A DNA stretch of 64,000 nt, from NCBI RefSeq assembly GCF_006345805.1, contig NC_043010.1, forward strand, positions 56,234,001-56,298,000, written 5' to 3'. Position 1 is the stretch's first letter; each line of letters opens with the position of its first letter. The stretch is from Octopus sinensis. Its lineage: Eukaryota. The position numbers and the translations under genes were made by a program. Below are positions 41,515 through 53,680 of the stretch, piece after piece. Below the pieces are notes generated by a model. That model saw only the letters and a list, made by a program, of their open reading frames with translations. It was not told where the DNA came from and did not search any database.

Positions 41515-41720
41515 ATGGTTTCAAATTTTGGCACAAGGCCAGCAAATTCGTAGGAGGGAGCAAGTCGATTACATGGACCTCAGTGTTCAACGGATATTTA
41601 TTTTATCGACCTCTAAAGGATGAAAGGTAAAGCCGACCTCGGCGGAATTTGAACCCAGAACCTAGCGACGGGCGAAATACCGCTAAGTCTTTCGCCCGCA
41701 TGTTACCCATTCTGCCAGCT
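41515..41720 (-). mobile_element. SINE family A, full length
   Basis: Minus strand: gagctggcagaa...cttagcggtatttcg...gggttcaaattccgccgaggtcgg...ggccttgtgcc tail. Confidence 0.85.
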
Positions 41721-41729
41721 CTGCAGAAG

Positions 41730-42071
41730 TGGTCAGTTTTGATTTTAAATCTTTCTCGTGTTTAAAATGGAATTCTGAGCCTTCCCTTGGGTTGGAACAT
41801 GTTCCACAGTTCGGTCTTTCATATTTTTTAACTCTTGCTTCCTTATTTTTTTAGTATAGTTTTGCATTTGTGAGTATCTGTTTTAGTGGTTTTGGCTATT
41901 TGTTGTTTCCATAACATTGTATCATGATCAGCGAAGCGAAACCGGTCGACGCCGTACATATTGTAATCGATTAAATAATCTTTATCCTCACAAACAAGAT
42001 TTCTGTGCTTTTACACCTTAATCTTATTTCATATTTACCACCATGTGGAATCTTCCTCCGAATTTTTCACC
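41730..42071 (+). mobile_element. Penelope-like terminal unit with decayed hammerhead (41924-41947), ending at (TA)n
   Basis: aTGATcA-GC-gaa-GC-GAAA-CCGG-TC (two core substitutions; palindromic stem III ACCGGT); T-rich flanks. Confidence 0.45.
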
Positions 42072-42099
<28 letters not shown>

Positions 42100-42104
<5 letters not shown>

Positions 42105-42448
42105 TATAATTTATAATTATTTTTTTATATTTATAATCACACGTGTCTCGAGGTGCGCCGAAGAATTTTCTATTTTGGATATATTTGGGGTACTTAAGTC
42201 TGCTCGGGACTTGACGCTTGCTTCTTCCATGGGTATGAATAAGTATTTCATTTATATTTCGCGTATTTGCCGCTGAAGAGGGGAAAATTTCTTGTGAATT
42301 AACCCCGAAATTGGACCAATACGGTAATAATGAATTTTTTAGAGACTTCTATCGGTTTGTTTCGAGACGCATAAATTTAATGGTTATCAACAATTTTTTG
42401 TTTCGGCGTATCTGGCATTAGAATTTTTCTTCTGCCCTTATCTTGTAA
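42100..42448 (+). mobile_element. ~350-bp non-coding unit with (TA)n on both sides, carrying an intact hammerhead
   Basis: (TA)n at ~42072-42098 and ~42449-42459; hammerhead at 42267-42327. Confidence 0.6.
42267..42327 (+). ncRNA. Canonical type I hammerhead ribozyme
   Basis: Stem I TTGCCG/CGGTAA; CTGAAGA (42273-79); stem II GGGG/CCCC (42280-83/42303-06); GAAA (42307-10); stem III ATTG(GAC)CAAT; AUA cleavage triplet, cut after 42321. Confidence 0.85.
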
Positions 42449-42679
42449 ATATATATATATGGGCTAAAGAGAACAGGAGGAGACACGTGGGATGGAGAGT
42501 CGCTGAAGAGGTCACAGGATGTGTAGCAAAAGATTTCCAGACAAAAGATATAAAATAAGAACAATAATAAATCAGCAGTGAAGAGCGAATACGGAATGCG
42601 TGTGTTTATTTGGTCAAAAGAGATCATCCCAAAATATAACAATATATATGCATACATACACGCATGCATACATATCTCT

Positions 42680-42902
42680 AACCCGAATAAAGAAAATTTG
42701 GATCTCAGCACTCTCTGCGTTCAATAAAACAGTGGCCCACGATGTTTTTGCAGTGCCAGTACTCATACCAACATTTGGGCTGCTTGATTGGACGCTTGAT
42801 GAGATCCGAACCATTGATGTGGAAACACGAAAAATACTAACAAGCACACATAATTTCCACATAAACAGTGACGTAGACCACCTCTACCCAAAACGAAAAT
42901 AA
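42680..42902 (+). mobile_element. R4/Dong-clade LINE fragment (post-RT region)
   Basis: RIKKIWISALSAFNKTVAHDVFAVPVLIPTFGLLDWTLDEIRTIDVETRKILT..NFHINSDVDHLY.KR matches the R4/Dong pattern (..NK..AIN.FAVPVL.YSFG...W...LD.KTRK.LT...HP.ADV.RLY). Confidence 0.75.
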
Positions 42903-42975
42903 GTTCGTTTTTTTTTTACATAAAAACAAGCCATTAACTGTATGAACGACTCCAAACAATACGCGTGTTTATCTA

Positions 42976-43104
<129 letters not shown>

Positions 43105-44596
43105 GTCTGTCTGTCTGTCTATCTATCTGTCTGTCTGTCTGTCTTTCTATATATCTACCTACCTGTTTATCTATGTGTCTGTCTGCTTGTTTATTAGTTC
43201 CGTATTACTTCAAACGAAATTAAAGACACAGCTAATACTTACGTAGCCAACATACTAATCAATAAACTAATTAACTAATTTGCTAACCAATATTACTAAA
43301 CTAATGAATCCCTAACCGGCATACCCTCCCACACATACTCTGCATAATTCATTGTAGAATTTACTTCACTCGGCACACCGTACAGTTTACCTGACAGGAT
43401 TGTACAGTTTAGGCAAAGAGACGACAACAAAGGCCATCAATCACACATAAACTACCCGGGGTGCTTAGGGTCCACGAGATATTAATAAAGTCAATCTAGT
43501 GTTCAGATGATAATCCTTAGCTGTTTACCAGGGTGCGATGATGTAGGACGGGTGGAATAGGTCATCTTTTCACGGTCCAATGATTCGCTTGGTTGTGAAA
43601 CCTTACTCCGCTACCCGGACAAATATGTAGGCTACACAAACCAATTTCACGGGTGATTCACTCGGCACAAAGACGCTACAGAAGTCAGTGACAGGGTTTC
43701 GTTCCCTCATCGTTGACTGAGTGTGAAATTGGCTATAATTGGGGTACGGGGTAGCTATCGTTGGTAGACTTTCGGGTGTAGGGGTGGTAAGTGACAGGTG
43801 TAAGTGTAGTGTGTCAGTGGGGGAGGGAGGGAAAGGGGTGGTCACTACTATTATCCTAGCCACTAATCTCGCGATTCAGCACTCTACCTCACACCTCCTC
43901 TCCTCCTCTTCCTTCTCTCTCTCCCTCTCTCACCAGACGTCTCAACTCCTCCTATATCAATGTCACCATCATAAACCATCACCATCACCATCATCATGAA
44001 CATTAATATCATCTTCGTCGTCGCCGCCGCCGTCGTCATCGTCATCAGAGTCAATCATCATCATCATCCTCTCTACATCATTTTAAATCTCATTTTAAAT
44101 ATCATCTACGTTGTTCGTGTAAATGGAGCCTCCAACCGGATACGAGCCATTTTATAGACAGACAGACAGAAGGAGATATACTGAGACACACACAATGAAG
44201 GCTAAAACAAGAAAAAGAAAAGATCAAAGTAGTCTGCTTTCCATGCTGGCATGGGTTGAGCGTGTTGTCAGAGTCCAAGTCAGTTCATACTAAGAGCCGC
44301 CGCCTTCTTAAGTAAGACGATCGCGTCTCACTCGAACGTTTCAGATTTGGTTTCGTTTCTACGATTCAATGCCATTCCTTTCACCAACCACTTTAACGTG
44401 CTGGAAGTAATTCACCGTGGCACCTGTGCCAGAAAGGTTGATATGCCTTCGACGAGACATCACTACAGGGTCTTCTCAAACATACACTTTCTCCGCTTAT
44501 TTGCCAGCCTCTTTACAAAGGGTATTAGGTACCTTTTATCGGGTTGCTTGCACTAGCATGACATCCAAGTAACTATTCATATAGTTATATATCATA

Positions 44597-45640
44597 GGCG
44601 CAGACGTGGCTATACGCTTCCCAAACACATGCTTCCGGGTTCAGTCCCTCTGCGTGACACCTGGGGCAAGTGTCATCTACTATAGCCTTGCACTGACCAA
44701 AGCTTTGTGAGTGGAATTGGTATGCGGAAACTGAAAGAAGCCCGTAGTGTGCCTGTGTTTGTCTCCTACCATCGCTTTACAACCAGTGCTGGAGTATCTA
44801 CGTTTCCATAACCTACTGGTTCGGCAAAAGGGACCGATAGAATAAGTACCATGCTTTAAAACAATAAGCACTGGAATCGATACAAGGTACAGCTCCAGCA
44901 TAGCCGCAGTCAGATCTTTTCTGTTTGGTTAAACTTTTTGAAATTTTAAAATTAAGTGAAAATTTTCAAATTTGGTGTATTGATGTAAATTTTCATACTG
45001 AATCTCAGGAGATAATTCACTTGATCCCCCAAACAAATTTTTTAAAGTTAAAGGGTTTTTAAAGTTTGATCATTTTTATTGAGCCAGAAAACAGGCTTTG
45101 GATGCTGTCCTTTTATGCGTGACTACCAGCGGAAGACGACAAATCAATAGTGTCGACATTGCGACGATAGTACGTATTTTAAGCATTTAATAAGCGAAAT
45201 TACTGAAAATAACGAGTAACCAATACCTAGCTTTAAGCATTCAAGAGATGGGTATCGAGAATGCACCCTAAAATATCTAAAAACAGCAAGAGATGGGGTA
45301 CAAGCAGAAAAACACAGCGTAAACTATCAGTTAGTAAACTCACGTGGTTTTTCGTAAACAAGAGTTCCAGTGATTGGCTTATTACTATGGGAACAGGCAC
45401 TGATATGTCTGTGGATTTCATTTAGCAAAAATTACCCAATAGTTGCAAGCTTCAAAAGCTATTAACTGCTTATTTACTGGTTTTTGGCGGAAATGAATTT
45501 CATTTCAATAATTAGCATACAAAACTACATCAATGCCCCAAATTTGAAATCAATTGGAACAAAATTGAAAAAATTGAAAAGTGGCGGCCAAGCAGAAAAG
45601 ATCCCCGCGGTCTAATGATTGAAACAAGTAAAAGTGGAAA
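44597..45640 (+). mobile_element. SINE family B copy interrupted in its 3' stem-loop by a MITE
   Basis: Head ggcgcagacgtggct...gggttcagtccc; 3' end gcatagccgcagtc resumes as taatgattgaaacaagtaaaag at 45613. Confidence 0.8.
44912..45604. mobile_element. Merlin-like MITE with 8-bp TSD
   Basis: TIR (a)gatcttttctgtttgg / ccaagcagaaaagatcc; TSD ccgcagtc (44904-11) / ccgcggtc (45605-12). Confidence 0.8.
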
Positions 45641-45927
45641 GATTGAAATATATTTTCGCCGAACACAAACCTTGTGTTTCTAGAAGTTACCATAGTTAAA
45701 GAACTTGCTTGATGCATTCAGAGAAAATCGCCGGTTTTAGCAAGAGTTCTGTTATGCTGTTGTGATCGCTTTACATGCAGAAGAGAGAATGAGTGCCGGG
45801 TAGAGAGGGTTTTAATAATCAAAATTAATAATTAAAAAACAATAATTTACACCTTAATTTACAGAAATGAGTTGGCGAAAAAATGATTTCCAGTTTTAGC
45901 AATATGATGGATGAAGTATACTAATAC

Positions 45928-45960
<33 letters not shown>

Positions 45961-45962
<2 letters not shown>

Positions 45963-46517
45963 GCCCTGATGCAGTACCAGGCAGTGGCTCTCATGGCTTC
46001 TGATCGTAACTGATTGGAAGTGTTATCATGTACATTGTTTTGTCTTGGTATAAAAGATGGGCTACAGCAAATATTCTGCTCAATACCACAGATTTGCTTG
46101 TCAGTTGTTTGACCTTAACCAGTTGAGCATGTCCCTTAGTGGCTGACGATATGTGCATCTCTGATCACGAGCAGAAGTAGTGGGGGAGCATCATAGCCAT
46201 GTGTTGAGAAGGATTCTTTGGGGTTTGAATAATTCACCTCTGGAAACATGGGTGTTTCGTTCAACGTCCTTAAACAACCCTTATTCAGGGACCTTTTGAG
46301 CGGGATGGGTTACTTGACCAGAAGAAAATTCTAACTGGGTCTCACCCGCAAGGTCATGCGCTATTTATCTTGTTATGAGATCACCATGTCGCGCACATAT
46401 GGTTGTTGATGCATGTGCCTGGTGTACCCTTATCAGACGGGTAGTCATGATGGGTATACTGGGCTTCGTATATTTTACCCCAGTGTCACTTTGATGGCAT
46501 GCTCTGCTCGCTCACTC
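45961..46517 (+). mobile_element. ~560-bp non-coding element inserted in (TAA)n, copy 1
   Basis: Highly similar reverse-complement copy at 57094-57629 with the same termini; (TAA)n on both flanks. Orientation is arbitrary. Confidence 0.8.
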
Positions 46518-46646
46518 AATAATAATAATAATAATCATGATGGGGGACTAAAACTAACGGCCACCACTAAGAATACAATTATGCCATATATCAGGGAATG
46601 CGTGTGTATATATGTATGTGTGTATGTGTGTGCGTGTATATAGATC

Positions 46647-46758
<112 letters not shown>

Positions 46759-47211
46759 TACACTCATATATACACTCACGTGTGTGTGTATTTAGGAACA
46801 AAGGTATATAAATGCTTTTTACACACGCACAATGAAAAATAAGAGTAGCTATGATGGTGGCGATGGCGATAGTAGTAGTAGTAGTAGTAGTAGTGTCATC
46901 TTCTTTGTGTGTGTGTGTGCGTGAGCGCTCGCCATCAGGCTAGAGTCCATGTGTGTTACCCAACCCTCTGGGGGTCGGTCTCCATTGCCCCCACTTCACT
47001 CCCACTCCGTGTTGACGTCACACAGTGTTTCATTCCTGAAAGAATGATTGAAATAAGAACCAATCTGATGGAACGATCGGCTAAAATACCAAAGGATCGA
47101 GTGTAGGAGAGGGCAGAGTTTATGGGTTTTATAGTCACCCCTGACAACAACGCCTCACACAAACACACACACATACACACACACATACACACACAAACAC
47201 ACAAACAAACA

Positions 47212-47242
<31 letters not shown>

Positions 47243-47416
47243 ACACTCGCACACACTTTCTCTCATAAACACACACGTACGCCATACATATACAAAACAT
47301 CGACTTACCACAGGGTGTATAATGTTGAGAGACACAAACTAAATTACACACACACGTTTCTATGGGCGTAATGGTCTGTATGTCTACATGCTCACGCATA
47401 TACACATACGCGCATG

Positions 47417-47485
<69 letters not shown>

Positions 47486-47785
47486 ATGCACAGAGAGGGT
47501 AGGAGTGTTCAGTGGGTATTGTGTTTGAGATTCAGCTGAGCCAAGTGGGTTGGGTCGAATTAGATTGTATCAGTGTTTGTAAGATAAAAGGTGTTGGAGA
47601 GGAAGATAAACAGGCAAAGACATAAACGACTGTTTTGACGACTCGGCTGCCATCAGACTCACCTGTCATCGTCACCTTCCTCACACAAACTCTCTTCTTT
47701 CTTTGTCACAACTGCCTTACCTCCAACTACTGTCTATGTAGCGAGTGGATGCGTGTGTGTGTGTAGGTACGTGCATGCCTAGACA

Positions 47786-47823
<38 letters not shown>

Positions 47824-48238
47824 CATACATACGCATGTCTGTGTGTGTTCTTTAGTTTATTTTCGTCGCCATCGCTAAGTCTAAGCTGGAGCACCACCTT
47901 CAAGTGTGTAGAGTACATAATTTGTAAATTATACACACACTTGTTGCACTGCTCTACAATAAACATAAAACCCACCCAAATTAGGGTTAATTGCACATTT
48001 CTGGTCTGCATTTATACATAATGCTCGAAATGAGGAGTAGATAAACAGCCGACAACTGATGAAGTGTGTATGTATGTGTGTGCGTGTATATAGATCGATA
48101 GATCGATAGACAGACAGACAGATAGATAGATACTTGTCCTGTTTTCCATTTTTTCTCGTTCTTTACGTATTTCATGTTGTTTGAACCGTTAGTGACGTCC
48201 TGTACCCATATATGCACACACACCACACACACACACAC

Positions 48239-48330
<92 letters not shown>

Positions 48331-50050
48331 GCACAAGAACAAAATCCCCAGGGAGAGGAAAATCCTTATGAGTGGCCTACAAAAGTTTCAAATCGCCTAA
48401 ACAAACAAATTGAAAGCAGTGAAAAGTCCCGCCTGAAAATACAAATGCTGGAGATTGAAAAAAATCTGCAACTCTCCCATGAAAAAGAAAGAGCAGACAA
48501 AGAAGCCTGGGCTATAGACAACATAAAATCTAACCCCATAGTTTTCTACAAGTTTGCCAAAGAAACAGCTTCGGTGCACTGCAGGATAGGGCCACTCCTC
48601 GAAAAAGATGGTACACTCACAGGAAACCCAATCAGGATAAGTGAAATACTAAATGAGCAATTCAAAAGTATTTTCACTCCACCCCTTGAGCATTTCCAAA
48701 TCAGCAATCCAACTGACTTCTTTACCACTGCAGATATAAAATCAGAGGTAATGGTGATTGATTACATCAATATAAAGGAAGACGATGTAATAAGGGCTAT
48801 AGATGAAATGAACCCAAACTCAGCTACTGGCCCTGATGGATTCCCAGCAATCCTTCTAAAAGTATGTAAGCGAGTCCTAGCAAGATCACTGTAGTCCCTC
48901 TTTCAGAGCTTCCTTGCAACTGGCAAACTTCCAAGAAAACTGAAGGAAGGTAAAATATGCCCTATTCATAAAGGAAGTAGCAGAGCGGAGGCCAAGAACT
49001 ACAGACCTATCTCTCTAACGTCACACATGACTTGCTGCCTGACACCCAACATGGTTTCCGACCAGGAAGAAGCTGCCTAACTCAGCTCTTACAATACTAT
49101 GACTGGGTGCTGAAACAGCTGCTCAACTACTCAAATGTGGAAGTCATATATCTCGACTTTGCAAAGTCGATCATGGAATGATATGTCACAAACTGCGTGA
49201 TCTCAGCATAGTTGGAAAATTGGGAGAATGGCTTCAGAACTTTCTGAAGGATAGAAGTCAGGTGGTAGTAGCCAATGGGGCCACCTCTAATGACACGCAA
49301 ATAGTGAGCGGTGTCCCGCAAGGCACTGTTTTGGGACCACTACTGTTCATAATGGCCCTCTCAGACATGCCCTCAGCCACACAGAGAGCCACGATCACAA
49401 GTTATGCAGATGATACAAAAGTTTCACAGGCAGTACAGAACCCTGAAGACACTATGCACCTGCAATGTGAGCTGGATAAAATATACAAGTGGGCTGAAAA
49501 GAATAGCATGGAGTTTAATGCTGAAAAGTTTCAAGCCTTGTGCTATCAGCATGCAACACTAAATGCAGTACCCATTAAATACACTGGACCTGGAAGGATT
49601 GCAATTCCAGAAGCACGGTCAGTGCGAGACCTGGGTATCTACATGAGTAATGATGCATCCTTTCATGTGCATGTTGCTAAATTGTGCGAAGGACTCCAAA
49701 TTTGCCATCAAGATGTAGGACAAGATACTGCAATAGCCTGGGCTTCAGAGGTCCACAGCTCTTCAATATCCTCCCGAAGGACCTGAGAGACTTGCATGGG
49801 GTGGATGTAGGTGTCTTCAAAATAAAGTTGGATCTCTTACTGTCAAGTGTCCCAGATGAACCAACTTCGCAGCAGGAGGTGCAGATGAGGGCAGCTGCAT
49901 CAAACTCTCTCATGCACCAAATGTCAATTCCTAAAAAGCATTCGTGAAGTAAAATTATGTAGCAACACCAAATGGCGGTGCCCCAGCATGGCCACAGCTC
50001 GTGAGCTGAAACGAGATAAAATAAATAAATAAATAAAATAAATAAAATAT
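48331..50050 (+). mobile_element. CR1/L2(Jockey-group) LINE, 5'-truncated with internal deletions; RT pseudogene plus 3' UTR
   Basis: NSATGPDGFPAILLK, NYRPISLTS, QHGFRPGRSCLTQLL, IYLDFAK, SGVPQGTVLGPLLF, YADDTK, VRDLGI; 3' stem-loop cagctc-gt-gagctg and (taaa)n tail. Confidence 0.9.
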
Positions 50051-50069
50051 ATGTATATATATATATATA

Positions 50070-50155
50070 TTCTTTTATTCTTTCACTTGTTTCAGACATT
50101 TGACTGCGGCCATGCTAGAGCACCGCCTTTAGTCGAGCAAATCGACCCAGGACTT
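50070..50155 (-). mobile_element. SINE-B 3' end, tail-to-tail with the LINE
   Basis: Reverse complement: gggtcgatttgctcgactaaaggcggtgctctagcatggccgcagtcaaatgtctgaaacaagt. Confidence 0.75.
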
Positions 50156-51746
50156 ATTTTATCTAGTTTCAGCTCACGAGCTGTGGCCATGTTCTGCAGG
50201 TTTTGGGCCTTGTGCCTAGGGTAGAAAAGAATATTGTTCTGCAGGTTTCTTCCGCACTACCAGTTGCACCTCTGTTTCCCTTAATTGTGCAGTGTAGATG
50301 CCAAGCGAAGAATACGCAGAATGTGTTTGTGTGGAAATGGTCTGAACCAAATAGAAGTATGGGAGTGGGGGTGAGGTGTGTGAGTACAGTTATAAACCCT
50401 CGAATATTTTCGTCCATTCTCATCGACATCATAACTACTGCATTAGTTATTATTTATTACTGAGTTCACTGAATAAATTTCCATTTAAGAATTCTCTTCT
50501 TTGACTCTTTCTACACTTGCTTTCGAACGATGTTTTAGGCTTTGGTCGGTAAAACTATCGAGATGCCTATCAGTGTACGGAGATTTTTTTTTTTTTTTTT
50601 GGTCTCTGATATAATTATGTTTTGACTGTTCACCTTCGTTAACTCCTCCACCAGGACAGAGAGAAGGAATGAGGGGGGGAGAGACAGACAGACATGTTCC
50701 AGACTACCATAACAACATCGTTGACATATCAACACTGTTCCTATCACTTCTCACTTGTCCACTCGCTGTCCCTCTAAATGTAGCACGGTGGACTTGTTGT
50801 ATGGCAAGAAATCTAGATTTTTGTTCTTTTCGGTGTCATTCTTTCTGATTATTCTGGTTAAAGATGTGTAAAGATAAGAGTTAGAAGGAAAAGGAATGAA
50901 TTAAAAGAAACATCTCTAAATGAGTTGCACATGATAAACCTTGAATATTTCCACAGTAAAATCTTTCATGTGGTTGCAATTTAGGATTGTGTGGCCTTCA
51001 TCACTTTCCTTAGTCTAGTGTTTCATAAGGATCTGCGATTGAATGGCCTTCATCATTTCCTCTAGTTTTCTTCAATTTTTCCCTCCACACGTAGCAATTA
51101 AATCCCGTCTCAAATATCAAATCCGTCTTAAAACAGGAAAGACACTCATGAAAATGTAGTCTGAGACATCTCTATATCGATGAGATGGCTACGAATGGAA
51201 TGCCTTTGATTCTAGGTCTGCCGAACCATGGTTAACTGTGGTCTAAGCAACAACGTTTACTCTACTAGAAATAGCAGCCAACATGGTGCAGACATAGCTG
51301 GGTGATGTAGACGCTCTGAAGTTCCAGGTCCAGTCTCACGGTGCGCCACTTTTGGCAAATACCTTCAATCCTAACCTCGGGTCAAGCAAAACCTTGAGAG
51401 TGGGGAAAGTTCCTATCCAAGGGACCAATGTGGCTGTGTAGTTAAGGGTTACTTAGTCACCCAGTTTAACCCTAACCGGGACTGTTGTTGTTTCGTCCCC
51501 TTCTCCAAGACCTCGTGTCACGTGACTTCACTTTTAACCTTGATAATACGGAAATGTAGGAAGAGGATTTCTTTGTCCCACAGAAACATCTTCAACCAAA
51601 TTAGCTTCGGCAATTTTCATTTTAAAATTAAAAACAAAAAATTCGAAAACACAAAAAAAAAGATAAATAAAGCAAAAGAAATATTCAGTCATTCATCGTT
51701 TTATGTGGACTGGGTTTCAACAGGAATTGAAACAGGGACTGGCCGT

Positions 51747-51749
<3 letters not shown>

Positions 51750-51831
<82 letters not shown>

Positions 51832-51832
51832 C

Positions 51833-51898
<66 letters not shown>

Positions 51899-51903
51899 CT
51901 CTC

Positions 51904-51993
<90 letters not shown>
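51750..51993. repeat. (CT)n/(ATCT)n compound microsatellite
   Basis: Direct reading. Confidence 0.95.
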
Positions 51994-51994
<1 letters not shown>

Positions 51995-52664
51995 CCTTCT
52001 CTCCGTCTACCTGTCTGTCTCTCTCTTTCTATCTCTATCTGCTTGTCTATCTCTGCATGCGTGTGCGCATTTGTGTGCGAATGTGTATGTGTACAGTCAC
52101 GTTACCGAATACTGGGGCTTTTGATCCTCGTGTGCCACATTCCTAGCAATCGTTGAATGATTGCCTATATATATATTTCTTTCAGTCTGAGTAAAAGCAG
52201 ATTCTTCAGACGAAATACCAAAGTGACGTTGCGAGTGAGAGGTGGCACCTAATGAGTTGTGTCTTCATAATTAATTTTCGGTTTAAACTGTTGTCTGCTG
52301 TCTTCATGATGATCTGAGACTGTTGAAATGCTGGAATGCTGTTGGGGCCATTCCTCTGGCTATAGACAAATCATACACACACTCACACACACTCGCTCTC
52401 TTTCAAACATTGCAAATAATATATATAGATATATATGGACGTACGTATGTATATATATATGCGTGTATGTATACACATACATACATACATACATACATAC
52501 ATACATGCCTGCATATCCGTGTGTACAGACAGACATGTTTATATACATATGCATACATACATATATAGACATGCATATATATATCTATCCATACGTATAT
52601 ATATATGCATATATGTATGTGTGTGTGTATTTATACATTTTTTTTGTTTTTTGTTTTGTTTTTG

Positions 52665-53010
52665 TCTTTTAACTTGTTTCAGTCCTAAGACTGCGGCCAT
52701 GCTGGGGCACCGTCTTGAAGAATTTCTTATCGAACTCAATACTTATTTTATTTGTTTTTAAGCCTGGTGCTTATTCTATTGGTCTCTTTTGCCGAACCGC
52801 TAATTACGGTGACGTGTCAAGCAGTGGTGGCGAACAAACACAAACACACATCCATATTCGACGAGCTTCTTTCAGTTTCCGTCAACCAAGGATTGAATCG
52901 ACCGGAGGCTGTAGTAGAAGACACTTGCCTAGGATGCCACGCAATCGGATTGAACTCGGAGCTATGTGGTTGAGAAGCGAGCTTCTTACCACGCAGCCAT
53001 ACCTGCACCT
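52665..53010 (-). mobile_element. SINE family B copy
   Basis: Minus strand: ggtgcaggtatggctgcgtggtaag...gagttcaatcc...ggcaagtgtcttctact...ggtgccccagcatggccgcagtc. Confidence 0.8.
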
Positions 53011-53142
53011 ATAAAAATTATTATAACCCCGACGGTATTCGAACATGCAACCTCATGATCTGAAGTCAGACGCACAGCCGTTGTGCTACAGAGCCTATAC
53101 TATATATTACATATACAGAGACATAGATAGATAGATAGATAG

Positions 53143-53226
<84 letters not shown>

Positions 53227-53229
53227 GAC

Positions 53230-53266
<37 letters not shown>

Positions 53267-53403
53267 ACCCCGTTCCATGACAGTTTGGGTGAATGTCTTT
53301 TTGTTTTTGTTTTTTACAGAAGCCATGTTGACAGAAGCCAATGTGGAAGTCTCCGTCGGAACCTCTGCATCTGTCATCTCCAGTCTCGTTACGTACTTTA
53401 TGT

Positions 53404-53680
53404 TAGTTGTTCTCAACCGAGACCACATGGATCTTGGGGATCACACGACCTTTAGGTATCACGTGGCCCTTGGGGGTCCATATAAGATTTTCTTATAAAT
53501 TGTTTATAATTCTACAATACACAAAATATTTCAATAGTCTTTTTTTATATAAAATTCTTAATAATATTTTATTATGAAAATAATTGTATTTTTAAACATC
53601 GAACGTCTTTGGGGGTCCAGTAGAGTAAAACTGGAATCAAAAGGGTCCATAGGAAGAAAAAAGGAAATTGAGACTTCCAC
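53404..53680. mobile_element. hAT-like MITE (decayed)
   Basis: Ends tagttgttctcaacc / aattgagacttccac resemble cagtggttctcaacc-type TIRs; internal gggggtcca repeats. TSD not resolved. Confidence 0.4.

Noticed and set aside
46260-46360. HDV-like ribozyme in the (TAA)n element
   Set aside because: Paired segments exist, but I could not build the nested double-pseudoknot order on either strand.
52160-52220. Minus-strand CTGAAGA-atctg..caga-ct-GAAA hammerhead-like string
   Set aside because: No stem III, cleavage triplet or stem I partner follows.
53320-53392. Possible exon (xAMLTEANVEVSVGTSASVISSLV) after a strong tttttacAG acceptor
   Set aside because: Weak donor (ac/GTACTT) and no recognisable homology; kept only as a possibility.
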